A stretch of 64,000 bases of DNA, from contig DF237129.1 in assembly GCA_000708835.1 (NCBI GenBank), positions 94,907 to 158,906 of the forward strand. The letters are read 5' to 3'. The translations under genes were made by a program, and so were the position numbers. Numbering within the stretch: the first letter of the stretch is position 1; the number at the start of each line of letters is the position of its first letter. The DNA comes from Klebsormidium nitens. Lineage: Eukaryota; Plantae; Klebsormidiophyceae. Below, piece after piece: positions 63,924-64,000 of this stretch. The notes under the pieces are model-generated. The model was given only the letters and a program-made list of their open reading frames with translations, searched no databases and was not told where the DNA came from.

Positions 63924-64000
63924 GTGAGTATCTAGCTAAGACCTTGCGCACAGAGTTGCAAGACTCGAGGAACCGCTCCGTCTCCCTCACGCACTCTTCC

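Noticed and set aside
1-64000. tRNA or rRNA genes
   Set aside because: None were recognised by eye; a tRNAscan-SE or Infernal run is needed to exclude them.

Overview
This is eukaryotic nuclear DNA with many GT-AG introns and two GC-AG introns. The gene content and plant-type orthologues suggest a streptophyte alga such as Klebsormidium (inference). I rebuilt about 11 spliced or single-exon genes by hand from splice sites and reading phase. In order they are: an mTERF-like gene (runs off the left edge), an intronless F-box gene, an aldo-keto reductase, PUR3/PurN, a bestrophin-family channel, a D-2-hydroxyacid dehydrogenase, plant-type LpxA, two tandem secreted GH16 porphyranase/agarase-like genes, a secreted LPR1/CotA-type multicopper oxidase, and an unannotated multi-exon gene at the right edge. 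Three things stand out. (1) The right-edge gene has a 92-nt exon, missed by the ORF track, that encodes a 2A/StopGo-like motif (LLMIGGIEQNPG-P). (2) The GH16 pair combines a bacterial-type galactanase domain with a CBM-like domain, two copies of an unrecognised Cys-rich module and a Pro/Thr linker, and the paralogues share a 108-bp identical tract. (3) These hydrolases lie head-to-head with the multicopper oxidase. All family assignments come from remembered motifs; no database searches were run.
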